The position numbers and the translations under genes are program-made. A stretch of DNA of 64,000 nt, from contig JAUCBJ010009163.1 of the NCBI GenBank assembly GCA_032718475.1, positions 164,836-228,835 on the forward strand. The letters are read 5' to 3'. The notes beneath the pieces were generated by a model. It saw nothing but the letters and a program-made list of their open reading frames with translations. It did no database searches and was not told where the DNA came from. Shown in pieces: positions 49,473 through 62,300 of the stretch. The stretch's first letter is position 1. Every line of letters starts with the position of its first letter. The stretch is from Nemertoderma westbladi. Its lineage: Eukaryota > Animalia > Xenacoelomorpha.

Positions 49473-50020
49473 GTGACGGGGTTCTGACTTCCGGGATCAG
49501 CGACGGGGTTCCGACTTCCGGGATCAGCGATGGGGTTCCGACTTCCAGGATCAGCGATGGGGTTCTGACTTCCGGGATCAGCGACGGGGTTCTGACTTCC
49601 GGGATCAATGATGGGGTTCCGACTTCCGGGATCAACAATGGGGTTCCGACTTCCGGGATCAACGATGGGGTTCCGACTTCCGGGATCAACGATGGGGTTC
49701 TGACTTCCAGGATCAGCGACGGGGTTCCGACTTCCGGGATCAGCGACGGGGTTCCGACTTCCAGGATCAGCGATGGGGTTCCGACTTCCTGGATCAGCGA
49801 CGGGGTTCCGACTTCCGGGATCAGAGACGGGGTTCCGACTTCCAGGATCAGCGACGGGGTTCCGACTTCTGGGATCAGCGACGGGGTTCCGACTTCTGGG
49901 ATCAGCGACGGGGTTCCGACTTCTGGGAGCAGCGACGGGGTTCCGACTTCCGGGATCAGCGACGGGGTTCCGACTTCCGGGATCAGCGACGGGGTTCTGA
50001 CTTCCGGGATGAGTGAAGGT
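49473..50020 (+). repeat. 27-bp minisatellite, about 20 copies, in frame with the SGNH ORF (DGVPTSGIS)
   Basis: The unit GACGGGGTTCCGACTTCCGGGATCAGC is repeated without indels. Confidence 0.95.
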
Positions 50021-50851
50021 GTTCCGCCTTCTGCAGAGGCTGTATTTAATGTGATTCCACCGAGGAAAGCGTCAGGTTGGACAAATATAACATGTCTAAT
50101 GTTCATGGATTCAAATCGTAGATATATATCACCACGACAAATAGATAAAAATGCCAGAATGATACCAACACCCACTACACAAGACGTACTGATAAATATC
50201 ATGAGTGCAAAATCTAAGTATCCTAACATCGAAAAAATATATATACATACAGGTACAAACGACATAGACAACAAAAAATCACAAACAAAAATGTTCGGTA
50301 ATATCAAGGAAGCTATTGAAATAATAAAAACTTCATGGCCAGATTCAAAAATTGTTCTATCATCAATCTTACCACGGAATGACTATCATTGTCATGATGT
50401 AGCATCGGCAAACGAACATATTAATAAGATATGCAAAAAATATAACATCATATACTCCAAACATGAAAAATTATCCTCCATTCACTTGTATGATGCAAAA
50501 CACATCTCACAACGTTTCATACATCTACTAGCAATGTCCATAATACAACACTTGAATAAGAGACCAACGCAGCGTATACCTATGGTGATAAATAAGACAA
50601 ATACGGATAGTTGTATAGATACAGCACATGGTCGGGAAGGAGCAAGTAGGGGGGAGGGAGCTCAGATAGGCAGCAGTGTTTCCTTTCGACGCAAAGTGTT
50701 GTTACCTACCCCTACCCAGGCGACCAAAACCCCTACCGAAACACCTAATACTTCATCGGGCAATATACCAAATACAATATACCAATACAAACAGAAGTCA
50801 CAAAAGGAGGGCATAAGAAACGCTGTAATCCAATTATTACAAGCGATGTAG
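49473..50851 (+). CDS. SGNH/GDSL esterase-domain ORF, probably an orphan LINE ORF1 lacking its true 5' end
   Basis: ORF 49364-50851 has block I LMFMDSN, block III IYIHTGTND, IVLSSILPR and block V YDAKH. SGNH domains are known in ORF1 of some non-LTR elements. The first ~36 codons derive from the adjacent MITE arm. Confidence 0.7.
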
Positions 50852-51619
50852 TCGTAATTGCATTGAATTTTTACTGGAAATACTATATACTAACTTGTTA
50901 ATTATTCGTTAATAATTCTACATCATTCGTAAACGAAACTTTCAGGGCATCACTTATTATTAGTATATTCCTTTTCTTAAATATATATCAATGCCCAAAT
51001 ATTTCTTTAAGTATAAATAAATCAATAATTAATAATGTCGAGTTAATATTAAGTATTATTTTAAACATAGTCATATCTCGGGAGATATTGTTAATATACA
51101 CTGGAATCGTTTTAACTATTGTGATTATTTTAACATGCAAGATATTTGTGTCAATATTTTTATGTGCAATAATGGCCTTAGTTGTATTGTGTCTACATAT
51201 TGGTATGGCGACTGTACTTATAATGATGATACCGTTACTGATTTTAATATATAAACCATTTTATTATGATATATTTTATTGTAGTAATAAGCGTCATAGG
51301 GCCAAATTGCAAATTGTCAAGTATAAAAAAAGTAGCGAGATAAGAAACTGGACAATAAATATAATAAAGCAGCGTCTACAAAAAGTACTGAAGATAACTG
51401 TAACCCTAATTGTTTTAATTTCTGTGCAATATAGTAATATTTCCTTATTCACCTATTGTCTAAATAAACATACTGACTTCATAACGAATATAACTATATT
51501 TTATGTAAGTTTAATTTGTGCAATATTTTTAATATCTGAAACGGAATATTTTAAGTTCAATCAAAAGAAATATGGAAAAAAAGGGCGGCAAATTAGAATA
51601 AGCCATAGAATTGTATTAA

Positions 51620-53259
51620 GGGGGGGGGGGGGGGGTACACCCCCCCTCAGGTCAAAATTTTCATTTTTTGTTTTTTTATTTCATCTAGAGTAGAATTTAA
51701 TGCGGATTTCAAATCTGGAAACGGCTTAGCGAGATCTCTTTTACTTCTCGAGTAATGGCTGGTTTTCCGTCTGTATGTCTGTCTGTCTGTCCATCAAAAT
51801 ATTAAAAAGGGCATAAAATAAGCAATCTGAAATGTTTACTGTTAGGATTTTTCTTAATGTCGATGTCTGTTTTAATATTTGGAATTATCTAATCACTATG
51901 TCTGTATCTCAGTCTGTCTCTCAGTTTGTCTGTCTGTCTGTATGTCTGTCTGTCTGTCAACATGTCCGTCAAATTTTAATTAATATATATTTAATAGATA
52001 TTTGTGAGTTTTGTATTACATATTGAACAGTTGTCTAATGGACTAGTTGTCTACTAGTAATAACAAATGTGAACCATCATATAACAATAGCTAGTAATAA
52101 TTATTCTGGGAAACAACCATAAACTTATTTGTTTTAAATTCCGCAGGCTCTGAGAATAATTCACGTGCTGCGCGAAGTCTTCATGTGCAGCATGAACTTT
52201 TCATGTGCCGCGTGAAGGCTTCTCATTCTGATTAAAATAAAAAGCTTTCCGAGGTGCTCGATTAATTAACGTGCTTTATGAAGAATTTAAGTGCTACGTG
52301 AAACCTTCACCTGCTGCGCAAATGTCTCACGTGCTGCGCGAAGGTTTCACATGCTGGGCAAAGCTTAATGTTCTGTGTAAAGGCTTATTATAAAATTATG
52401 TGGAAATTTTTATATAATTTTGAATGTTTCTTAAGGTTATCTCATTATTCCATGACTATTTATTACTAAATGACAAAATAGTATGCGATCAAATCAATAC
52501 GCCAAAATGTAATTTGTTCACGTGCTGCGCGAAGTGTTTTTTGGCAAGCACTCTAAAATTATTTTAACAGGTTGTTAAAAGTGGGTAGGTGTTTTTTTGA
52601 ACCAAATTTCATGAAATCTATTGAGAAATCACAAAATATGGATAGGGGATAACCAATGGGAAAAGAAAAGGAGATACCAGTACTGAAAATAGCGGGAACA
52701 TTTGAAATATATTGTTCTTAAACTTTAAATGCGTTTATCTCGGAATTATATTTTTCACATTCAAAATACTACTACTCAGCCATTTCTTAACCAATTTTCG
52801 AAATTTTTTTTTTGTTTGATTTCTTTTCGGGTTTTGATCAAAAGTTATCGGTTAGAATTTTGAATTGTGCCATATTAATTTCTTGAAATTAGTTAATATT
52901 TATTAAGTAATAATTAATATTAGTTAATAATATTTAAAAAATATTTAAGACCTAAATAAAAAATGTAACCGATAAGTTTTGTGGAGCCGAGGATGCTGAT
53001 TCAGAAAAACCAAGTTTCGAAAATTTTCGCCCAAAATTGTGAGACTAGTACTGTTTTTAGTGAAATTAACAATTTCGCTGGTGGCCGCTAGAGGGCGACG
53101 CAAATTTGAAATTTTTTTTTTTGAACCCAATCTTTGGCCATATGTTAATCCCCCGAAAGGTATAAAATATACAAAATTACACACAAGCAGAAATTATAGC
53201 CATTTGCAAAAAAGGTCCATAGGGGGGTGTACCCCCCACCCCCCCCCCCCCCCCCCCCC
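51620..53259. mobile_element. Non-autonomous TIR transposon with TTAA flanks and GG...CC ends (Kolobok-like)
   Basis: TTAA|G-run-TACACCCCCC at the left and GGGGGGTGTA-C-run|TTAA at the right. It has internal (GTCT)n tracts and ~20-bp TCACGTGCTGCGCGAAG repeats (52160-52530), and no transposase. Confidence 0.82.
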
Positions 53260-53313
53260 TTAATTCATTGTAATGAATAAATTTACTGTAATAATGTTTC
53301 TTTTACAAATTAC

Positions 53314-53547
53314 CTTTTTCCAATTATTTAGAAGTTTTTGTATGGATATTCTGGAATCCAAGCTCTGGGGAAGTGGACGATAGAATGTATCTGTAGTAAC
53401 CGGCTTCTTGTAATGACGAATTAGGAATGGAATTATGTAGAAATGCCATATCCTTAAGAGAGGATGTGTTGAGAGATATTGATTAGAATGAGTTTCTGGT
53501 GGGTTAACTAAGCGTCGCTTCTCCTCCGGAGTTCTAAAAAAACCCAT
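53314..53547 (-). CDS. ABCC4/MRP4-like transporter, coding exon 1 (N-terminal lasso region, 78 codons)
   Basis: MGFF...VNPPE...WHFYIIPFLIRHYKKPVTTDTFYRPLPQSLDS...KLLNNWKK matches the ABCC N-terminal pattern and ends at a GT donor in phase with exon 2. The joined product is about 1300 aa. Confidence 0.78.
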
Positions 53548-53834
53548 TATCGTATAGACTTCGTTACTGATCAATGTAAAATCTTTTATTCGAACAGCAG
53601 GAAAAATTTGGTAAAAGGAGTTTGTTGGGTAAATTTAGAAGCATTACTACTATTTATTTGTTTCGACAGTGTTGGGATTGTTTGATAGATTAATTTTTAA
53701 TTATTATTATAATTTATAATAATTAATAATATTATAATTATTTTAATTATTTTAATTATTAATTGATAGATTAATGGTTGATGCCTGACCAACTAACCCT
53801 AACCAAAATAATAAACGAACTAAATAACCGCCTT

Positions 53835-54470
53835 TTTTGTACCCTTTGACTCGTTGTCCCCTTTGATGTTGTACACTTTGATGTTGTACACTTTGACTCG
53901 TTTTTATGTACCCTTTGACACCCTGTTTTGTACCCTTTGACGTCCTGTTTTGTACCCTTTGACGTCCTGTTTTGTACCCTTTGACGTCCTGTTTTGTACC
54001 CTTTGACGTCCTGTTTTGTACCCTTTGATTTCCTGTTTTGTACCCTTTGACATCCTATTTTGTACCCTTTGACGTCCTGTTTTGTACCCTTTGACACCCT
54101 GTTTTGTACCCTTTGACGTCCTGTTTTGTACCCTTTGACGTCCTGTTTTGTACCCTTTGACGTCCTGTTTTGTACCCTTTGACACCCTGTTTTGTACCCT
54201 TTGACGTCCTGTTTTGTACCCTTTGACGTCCTGTTTTGTACCCTTTGACGTCCTGTTTTGTACCCTTTGATTTCCTGTTTTGTACCCTTTGACATCCTAT
54301 TTTGTACCCTTTGACGTCCTGTTTTGTACCCTTTTACCGCCTGGTTTGTACGCTTTGATCGTCTGGTTTGTACCCTTTGTCTCGTTGTACCCTTTCCTGT
54401 TGTACCCTTTGACTTGTTTTGTACCCTTTGACTCGTTTTGTTCCCTTTGACTCGTTGTACCCATTGACCT
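53835..54470. repeat. 22-bp minisatellite (TTTTGTACCCTTTGACGTCCTG), roughly 25-30 units including degenerate edges
   Basis: Direct reading. It is preceded by CTAACCCTAACC at ~53793, suggesting it lies inside a non-autonomous element that continues to ~58100. Confidence 0.92.
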
Positions 54471-54551
54471 AAAGCGGGAAGTGGGGGGGGAGGGGTTACT
54501 TTATAAATTTTTAGATCTTGGCTCAAAAATTACAATTTTGATGGTATAAGG

Positions 54552-57500
54552 TCAGGTCAGGTCCCCAGATCCTGCTACCACTATGGCAGTAATGTGGTAC
54601 TACCTGTAGCTGTCAGCCCAGTAGGGCAGGCCCGATAAGCATAGCCTATTTATTATTTAGTTGATCAAGAGTGTGTTGGTTTAGTCCTGTCAACTAAATA
54701 AGTCATTGAGGGCTATAGTGCCTAGGGCACCATTGAAGGCAAAGGCTTGATACGCATCTGCAATAGAGATGATACGCGCCCCGCCCTGTCTATACTGGAT
54801 GCTCCTCGACCAGTGTTAGGTAACCTAACCCAGGAGGCACACTTGGTTCAGAGTGTAACAAATGGACCCCTACAGTCGGCAGCAGGGCTGCAGGCCATGG
54901 ATAGGCGGAAGGTAATCAACCAATGGCTAGACATGCTGACAAGGTCGGCGGAAGGTAATCAACCAACGGCGACCTACTGCGAAGACGCTTGTAGGAGTTG
55001 CGACCATAAGCGGTTTACTCCCGCAACTGAAAGATATGAGTAGAGTATGAGAACCCTCCAGGAGAAATACCGGCTCGGTCGTCGCCCGGGTCAACAAGGA
55101 CTGCATCCCTCAGTGGTACACCAGGCTGGGGTCGATAAATTGGTTACTGGAACAGAAGACAAGAGAAGAAAGAAGAACCAACCTGTTGAAATGTAAAAGG
55201 ACACTAAAGATTGCTACAATGAACGCACGCACGCTGAAAGTACATACAAACAGGGTGACATGGTCGCTCTGGCAATGGAATATAACATCGACATCATCTG
55301 CATCCAAGAACATCGGATTTGTCATGAAGACACTGCCATGAAGTACAATGACATTGGAAATGGATGGACGTTAGTAACAAGCTCAGCAGTAAGAAACTCG
55401 GCCAATGCATCAATTGGTGGAGTAGGAATTCTGCTAAGCCCATGTGCACTCACCAACATCGAATCTATAAATTCCAGGGTTATGATCGCAACATTTGATG
55501 GGAATCCCAAGGCAACAGTTATATGTTGCTACAGTCCGACCAATGCCTCAGAGCCAGAACAAGCAGTCAAGTTTTATGAAGAACTGACTGGACTTATAAA
55601 GAACATTCCGAAACACAATGTTAAAGTCATTGCTGGTGACCTGAATGCGCAAATTGGCCCAGAAGACATCAAGGGTTACACATATAACGCCAGTTCTAAC
55701 AGAAATGGGTACTTACTTTTAGACCTAATGGAAGAATGTGAATTGATACCAACAAACAACACATTCAAAAAGAGTAAGGGGAAGCTATGGACCTTTCAAT
55801 ACCCTAATGGAACCAAAGCACAACTGGATTACATCCTTATAAACAAAAAGTGGAGAAACAGCATGACCAACTGCGAGGCATACAGCTCGTTCAACCTAAT
55901 TGGTTCGGACCACAGAATTGTGACTGCAATGATCAGACTCAGTTTGAGAGCCAGCAAACCCAGGACAAGCAAGCAAATCAACTATGAAGTAAACCTACAA
56001 AGTAAAAACCGAACCACCAACAACCGAAAACATTAACAAGGTTAAGAAAGCTAAGGATAATCTTAAATTGGCCTACAATATCAGCCAGGAGAAGTACATA
56101 CAGGATAAAATTGAAGCAATTACAACTGCTCACATACAGCAACAATCAAGACCTAGGCAAACTGTGAATGAGGTATCTGGTCGGAAAAGATGTGCAAAGG
56201 GGCGCCTCAAAGCCGATAGTCCTGAATAACGTGTTGGGAAGTGGAAAAATCACTTCAGCAACTTGCTTGGGCAGCCACCAAACATCGAGGTCAGCCCTAC
56301 AACGAAAATATATGACAAGACACTGCCTATAGAAACAGGGGACTTCACACCTGCCGAACTCCAAAGATGCATTAAAAGCATGTCCAATTATAAAGCAAGT
56401 GGATTAGATGAAATCCCAGTGGAGGTATGAAAAACCGGAGTGCTAAACAGACCATTATTGAATATTTGCAACTGGATGTTAAAAGGGGAAAAGCCACCAC
56501 AAATTTGGGCTAAAGGTCAACTAAAGCCTCTCTCCAAGAAAGGAGACCTCGGCATACCAACAAACTATCGTGGGATCTGTCTGCTTGTGGTAGCTGCTAA
56601 AATATACAATGAAATGATTCTATATAGGATTAGGCCTCACATAGAGAAACTACTGCGCAGCGTAAGAGCCAAAACGGATTTCGACCAAGTAGATCAACAA
56701 TAGTTACACTACGGAGACTGATTGAAGGAATTAAGTCAAAGAATCTCCCCACAGTCATGACTTTTGTGGACTTCAAGAAGGCATTCGACTCCATCCATAG
56801 AGGTAAAATGCTTGAAATCCCAAGAGCTTATGGAATACCAGAAGTAATTGTTGCTGGCATTGGATTGTTATATTGTGACACAGAAGCGCAGGTACTCTCA
56901 CCAGATGGTGAAACTGAGTTTTTCTCAATCCTGGCATACTGCAAGGTGACACATTAGCACCATTACTATTTGTAATTGTGCTGGATTACGCAATGAGGAC
57001 GGCCACAAAGGGTGAAGATCTGGGATTCACACTTCAAGAACGCAGAAGTAGTAGATATCCGGCAACTACAGTCACAGACACAGACTTTGCGGATGACATC
57101 GCCCTGCTCTCTAATACGCTTGCAGATGCACAGCTTCTACTAAATAAAGTGGAGAGGGCTGCTAAGGGTGTTGGATTGCATATAAATGCTACAAAGACCG
57201 AATTAATGACCTTTAATGTTGATGGAAACTTGACAACCATTGATAATAATCAACTAAGGAAGGTCGATGACTTCCACTACCTTGGATCATGGATAGAGAG
57301 TAGCAAAAAGGACATATAAGTTAGGAAAGCAAAGTCTTGGGTAGCTCTATCAAAAATGGATACCATCTGGAAATCAGATCTCTCCAGGCACCTGAAGACT
57401 AAGTTCTTTCGAGCCACTGTGGAAAGTGAATTTTTATACGGGGGTGAGACCTGGACACTGACTAAATCACTTGAACAGCGAATTGATGGTTGCTACACAA

Positions 57501-57916
57501 GACTACTAAGGGCAGCCCTGAACATCAGCTGGAGACAACACATGACAAACGCCGAGCTTTATGGTACAATACTACTACTAGGATCGGCATGCTGCATTGC
57601 AGCTGCATTTTTAAGAATGCTGTGCCGGCTTATCGACAAAAGGTACAATACCACCTGTATCAACCACCCTCCATGAACGCAGATTAAGATTCAGTGGGCA
57701 CTGCTGGCGAAGTAAAGACGAGGTCATACCAGATCTACTTCTCTGGCAACCAACTCATGGAAAGCGTAGTCGTGGACGACCGGCCATAACATATATAGAT
57801 CAACTTGAAAGGGATACTGAACTTGGGAGAAACGAAATTGCAACAACTATGGAGAATCGGGAAGCCTAGAAGGATCTCATTTCCACTGTCCGAGTTCGCT
57901 CGACCTAGTAGTAGTA
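54552..57916 (+). mobile_element. Full-length (~3.4 kb) decayed RTE-clade LINE with a 12-bp TSD
   Basis: TSD GATGGTATAAGG at 54540-54551 and 57917-57928, with a (TAG)n tail. Endonuclease: ATMNART, ICIQEHR, CYSPT, AGDLNA, QLDYIL, GSDHR. RT: NYRGI, FVDFKKAFDSI, QGDTLAP, FADDIAL, YLGS. It has several stops and frameshifts. Confidence 0.93.
57573..57641 (-). mobile_element. 69-bp 5'-truncated insertion of the second RTE-like family, nested in the RTE LINE
   Basis: Flanked by the 10-bp direct repeat GGTACAATAC (57563-57572, 57642-57651). It is nearly identical to the tail end of the copy at 63452. Confidence 0.88.
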
Positions 57917-59819
57917 GATGGTATAAGGGATTTCGAGGACGCTGAGTACCCATTGACCTTTGTACCCATTGACCTAAAGCGGGATGGGGGGGGTTACTTT
58001 AGAAATTTTTAGATCTTGGCTCAAAAATTACAATTTTGATGGTATAAGGGATTTAGAGGACGCTGATCACGATAAACTTGTTAAAAATATTTTCTGGCAA
58101 ATAGTGCCAATGCATCAATCATTTTTTGGTGCTATTTTGGCCCCTGTACTATTGGTATATTATGCATATGCATTGTTATTTCAATTATAATTGTTTTAAG
58201 TACTATTTTAAAACTTTCGTTTCTAGTCAGCATCATTGTATCATTAGGCCTAATGATCGTACTACTATAGCACAAATGCTTGAATTCAATTCGGGGACAA
58301 TTCAATCGTAAGTTTGTGACAATTAGCAATCGAGACTCACAGAGGAAGACATATCTAATTGTTTTCTATCTGGCGCCATTTGGAGTGGAACGGAATAGTG
58401 AATATTACTGTTTTATTACTACTGTATAATAAATTGCAATTGCAATACGCAATAAACAATTGCAAACTGCACAATGAGCCTAGATATAATGAATTTATTA
58501 TACCAGACAGATTTAGCCCAACCAGCCTTTTAGAACCAACTTTTTACCAGAATTACTTGCGAGCCCTTTGCTTTCTTCAAGAATAGAGAGAACAGAAACA
58601 ACAACATTCCAAATTTCACCCAACCCATGTTGGGAGTTGTTTGGATTGAGTTCTGCCTATTGGCGGTCAAGTTGATCTTCCTATTTATTTAATAATCACT
58701 CAGATTAGATATTATAATTATTATTTAGAGATTAAAAAAAAAACTTCACGAAAATTGAATTCGAATTTCGAATAGACACGAATTGAATGAATTTCCACAA
58801 ACACGAGAATTGTTTATAAAGGAAAATAATGTAACAGCCGGCATATCAACAATTTTAATAAAATATTTCGTGAAACATTTATTCTTCTCCAAGGAAATTT
58901 CTTAAAATTATCTTAATCGATAATAGAACCGATATAATAATATAAATATATTAATTAAACTGCCTTCCTTCTTTGGAGTGTAACAGATGCACAGATTTTC
59001 AAGATGTAATTAATTATCTTGGGTACGTTAATGTTAAAAAGCAAGGTTCTGTAAAAGCGAATTAGATTTTCATGACGGGTTGTTTATTAATTTAATAAAA
59101 TCTATGCAAGTGGTCTTAAAAACAAGATAGTGGTTCCCATGTCGTATCAGAAGCACATGGTCAGTATTGGGCAATCTATCCCGATTTTATTGAACACAAA
59201 CATATACTGTACTATCCAGCAACACGCTGTTTGCTGTTCGTCCTTATATGGTCATAGGATCTATGCCACATTTAGTTCGTTTAGTTCGAATATATATTCA
59301 TTTATTTAATAAAAATTAATTTAGATTGACATAAATACAATTGCACAAATTGCAAAGTTAATAATACATTAATGATTTAAAATGATTGTTTAAAATCGTA
59401 ACAATTGTCAGTTGCAATTCTGAAGCTACACTGGTTTTCAAAGCCGCTTATATCTATACAACCGTTAAAAATAATTCGTGGTAATGAAACTATCGTTTTT
59501 GGTGTTTGACTGGTTGGATGAAAAACACAAGTAGCATAAAATTTCAAACGGTAAAAATCAAATTCGGTTGGATAAAACGTCATATTCGTGATCAGTATTC
59601 CAGAAAACCCATAATGTCATAAAATCAGGTTGATTCAGTAATTATTTTTGATTATCAAATTTGTGCTGCTTGTATTTTTTGTACTTCACATTGACATTGA
59701 CACGTATCCAGAAAAGCCGTAATCGACAAGGTAGGATATTTTTCAGTTTCATATTCGTGATCAGCATCCCAAAAAACCGGATGGCCATAAAGTCAATTTA
59801 TAATGAAAGTATGCTGAAC

Positions 59820-60285
59820 ATACGTGAGTGAGAGACTGAATCAAAGGCCTTGACGAATTCAACAAAGATAACAGCTAGATAGATGCCTGTCTTTCTTTTT
59901 TGATAACTCTTCAATTATCCGTCTAAGTGCCAAAATGGGCTCCATGGTCCCACGACCTTTACGGAACCCATTCTGATTTCCACGGAGCAGTCTCTCAATG
60001 GAATCCCTGATGCGATTTAATAGAATTATATTATAGCTTTGCAGCAATCGAGATCAATGAGATTCCCCGAAAAGAACCATAGAGTGTTAGGTTGCCCTTC
60101 TTGGGAACTGGCACCAACTTATTTGTTTTCATTTCTTGTGGGACACTTGTTGTTCGGTACATGTCTACTATGATGGGATAGATGAGCTTTAAACACTCAG
60201 GTATTTTAAAGACCTCAGGGGGAACACCATCTACTACACTGGCACGATTGGTCTTAATGCTCTTTGCAGCAGCCTTCACTGTCGG
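59820..60285 (-). pseudogene. Internal RT fragment of an RTE-like LINE
   Basis: VDGVPPEVFK...LVPVPKKGNL..SFRGISLISIAAK, YNIILLNRIR...QNGFRKGRGT...LRRIIEE and FVKAFDSVS, across frameshifts. Confidence 0.85.
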
Positions 60286-62109
60286 ATTACAAAGGTACCT
60301 AAAAGGTAGTAGTCGAATGGAATGTAGTCGTACAGATGAAAACAATCAGTATATTTTCGGGGGTAAGAAGTTGTAAAGTGTAATAAATATTACTTAGGTT
60401 TAACTTTCTCTGAGTTTGTGTAAAGGAGTGCATGATTTTTTGGTGCAGAAAGGAGGTCAATAATTTAGTTATTTTTGGAGTTGTAAATTGTACATAAAAC
60501 CTAAATATATACACAATACACATTTGGGAACAATACATTGGAAACATATTTTGTTGTAAAGATTAAAATGATAAACAATGTCGTCGTATTTGATATTAAT
60601 AATAATAATATCAGTCGAATGTACAGTTTTAAATGTTGAAATAAATAATTAATGAAAGAAAATTACCTCGTGATGTATAATTATTATATACTCTATATAA
60701 TACTATATATAGTATATTTACTCTGATAAAATCGATTTTAATCACTTCCAACTGAATTGATACAGTATAACGAGGACACCAACGTCCAACACCGCATACA
60801 GCCGAGTTCTGTGAAGAATAATCGGAATAATTATTTACGGAAACAACCGCCTTCCTCTTGTGGCCAACCTCAACTCGAGATAAATCTCCCGCAGATATAG
60901 AACAGCTCTTGGGTCCCGCAGCCCGTTCTAACACTCTAATACCCCTCACTGATAGGGACATGCGACTCGGGCACAGTTACAAATACGGGTTAATTGTTTG
61001 CAAACTCAATAGATTCTATGGGTCCATCGCAAACCGCTAACTCGCTCGGCCCAAACCGACAAACAGGATGGACCTCATCCCACTTATAATGTGTGAACTT
61101 CTTCAAGAGGACATTGTCTGTTACAGTTAGGGTTTAGGGAGGGAGGCGTGTGGCTCCTTAACTCTCTGTGCTCTGTGGGGAGTAATTATCTGGAGAAGTG
61201 TGTCGCAACAGGGGACTGTTTAAACCTCGGTTAATCTGTAGGTTCAGGTAGAACGTTGGTGTCTGTCTGTCTATTGGGGTCCGAGTTAATATTCTCTAAA
61301 TATTCTCGGAAATTAGTGGTAGATAATTATAATATAACTGCTCCGCAATTTCGTTTATTGTTTTGGTTAGAATAACGTGCAACTGTAACCTTATCCTTTC
61401 CCTTAATGGATATTTTTACATTGAGACAAGAAATTAATTCACCGAGTTGTGATTTGTTCTTACAAAGAGAGCGCAGAGAGTGAGGTTTGCTTAAATAATC
61501 GGTTCTTTAACGTTTAATAGGACCTTTTCATACAATGATTTACGTAATTTTATTAAATTATTTCAATTTAATAAATTAAACTCTCTTATATTCTACTGTT
61601 TAAAGAATATTAATAAAATTTATATCCATTTCATGGAACTAATTGCTGTCACTAAAATAATTCTATGGTGAACAATAATACATTGTCATAATTAATTGTG
61701 ATTCTCCCCATAGAACAATGACTAATTATTACTCAATAGGCGTGAGTCGCTCTCGAACTAGAACTACTAAAACATACTGTTTTCTCTAAATTGTACTACT
61801 TACGTTTCAACTTAGGACATGAGTCCGTAACGTGGTACTTTTTGGCGCCATTCTGAGGATATCACCAGCGTTATTAAGCTGACATTTTGGTTGCTATTTC
61901 TGGAATAATAAACCTGAGCAAATGTTTATTTTTATTCAAACCATCTAATGAAACAACAATTTGTATCACTAATTATTCTCAATAGTGTAAAACCGCATCA
62001 ATGGAGAGGATTTAAAATTTCACTTTCCTGATTGGAAACAAAACAATTCCTTAGCGAGGTGTTTCAATGGACCAACAGCTGAATAAAAATCTAATTTAAT
62101 TCCAATGTG

Positions 62110-62300
62110 GTAATTCGTTCCACACTGTTTCCCAAGTTGCCTTGGTTCCCATTTATCGATACAGTAATGGATGAAGGTCTGTGTTGGGCTAGGCTGCATT
62201 AAAAGAATCCATGTTCCAACGATGTGTTGCCGCATCTAGGGATCGAATCAGGACCTAAGGACTGGAACACAGGAATGTTACCACTGGACCAAGCTGCATC
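62110..62300 (-). mobile_element. tRNA-derived SINE (head plus central domain; 3' end not defined)
   Basis: The minus strand has an A-box-like TGGTCCAGTGG and a B-box-like GATTCGATCCC at tRNA spacing, but a poor cloverleaf. It is followed by GCCCAACACAGACCTTCATCC...TCGATAAATGGGAACCA. Confidence 0.65.

Larger units (their letters stand above)
46645..53313 (-). other. Predicted 6669-bp phase-0 GT-AG intron of the ABCC gene, filled with TE fragments
   Basis: Donor AAG|GTAATT at 53314/53313 and acceptor TTTTTACAG at 46645. Joining gives LLNNWKK|EVSHTKPNATSLLRVIVRTYW, which fits the ABCC N-terminal pattern. Confidence 0.8.

Noticed and set aside
49273-50307. 344-aa minus-strand ORF with PSLIPEVGT repeats
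   Set aside because: It is the antisense reading of the 27-bp minisatellite; the + strand frame carries the SGNH motifs.
51088-51693. 201-aa hydrophobic ORF downstream of the SGNH ORF
   Set aside because: TTG start, AT-rich codon bias that mimics TM segments, and it ends inside the MITE. There is no motif support.
53771-54526. 251-aa basic repetitive ORF
   Set aside because: It is the translation of the 22-bp minisatellite cycling through three frames.
54552-54860. HDV-like ribozyme in the RTE 5' UTR (CTCCTCG at ~54802)
   Set aside because: I could not assemble the nested double pseudoknot by eye; left for a descriptor search.
62225-62300. Functional tRNA gene
   Set aside because: The acceptor and anticodon stems do not pair properly and it continues into a SINE-like body.
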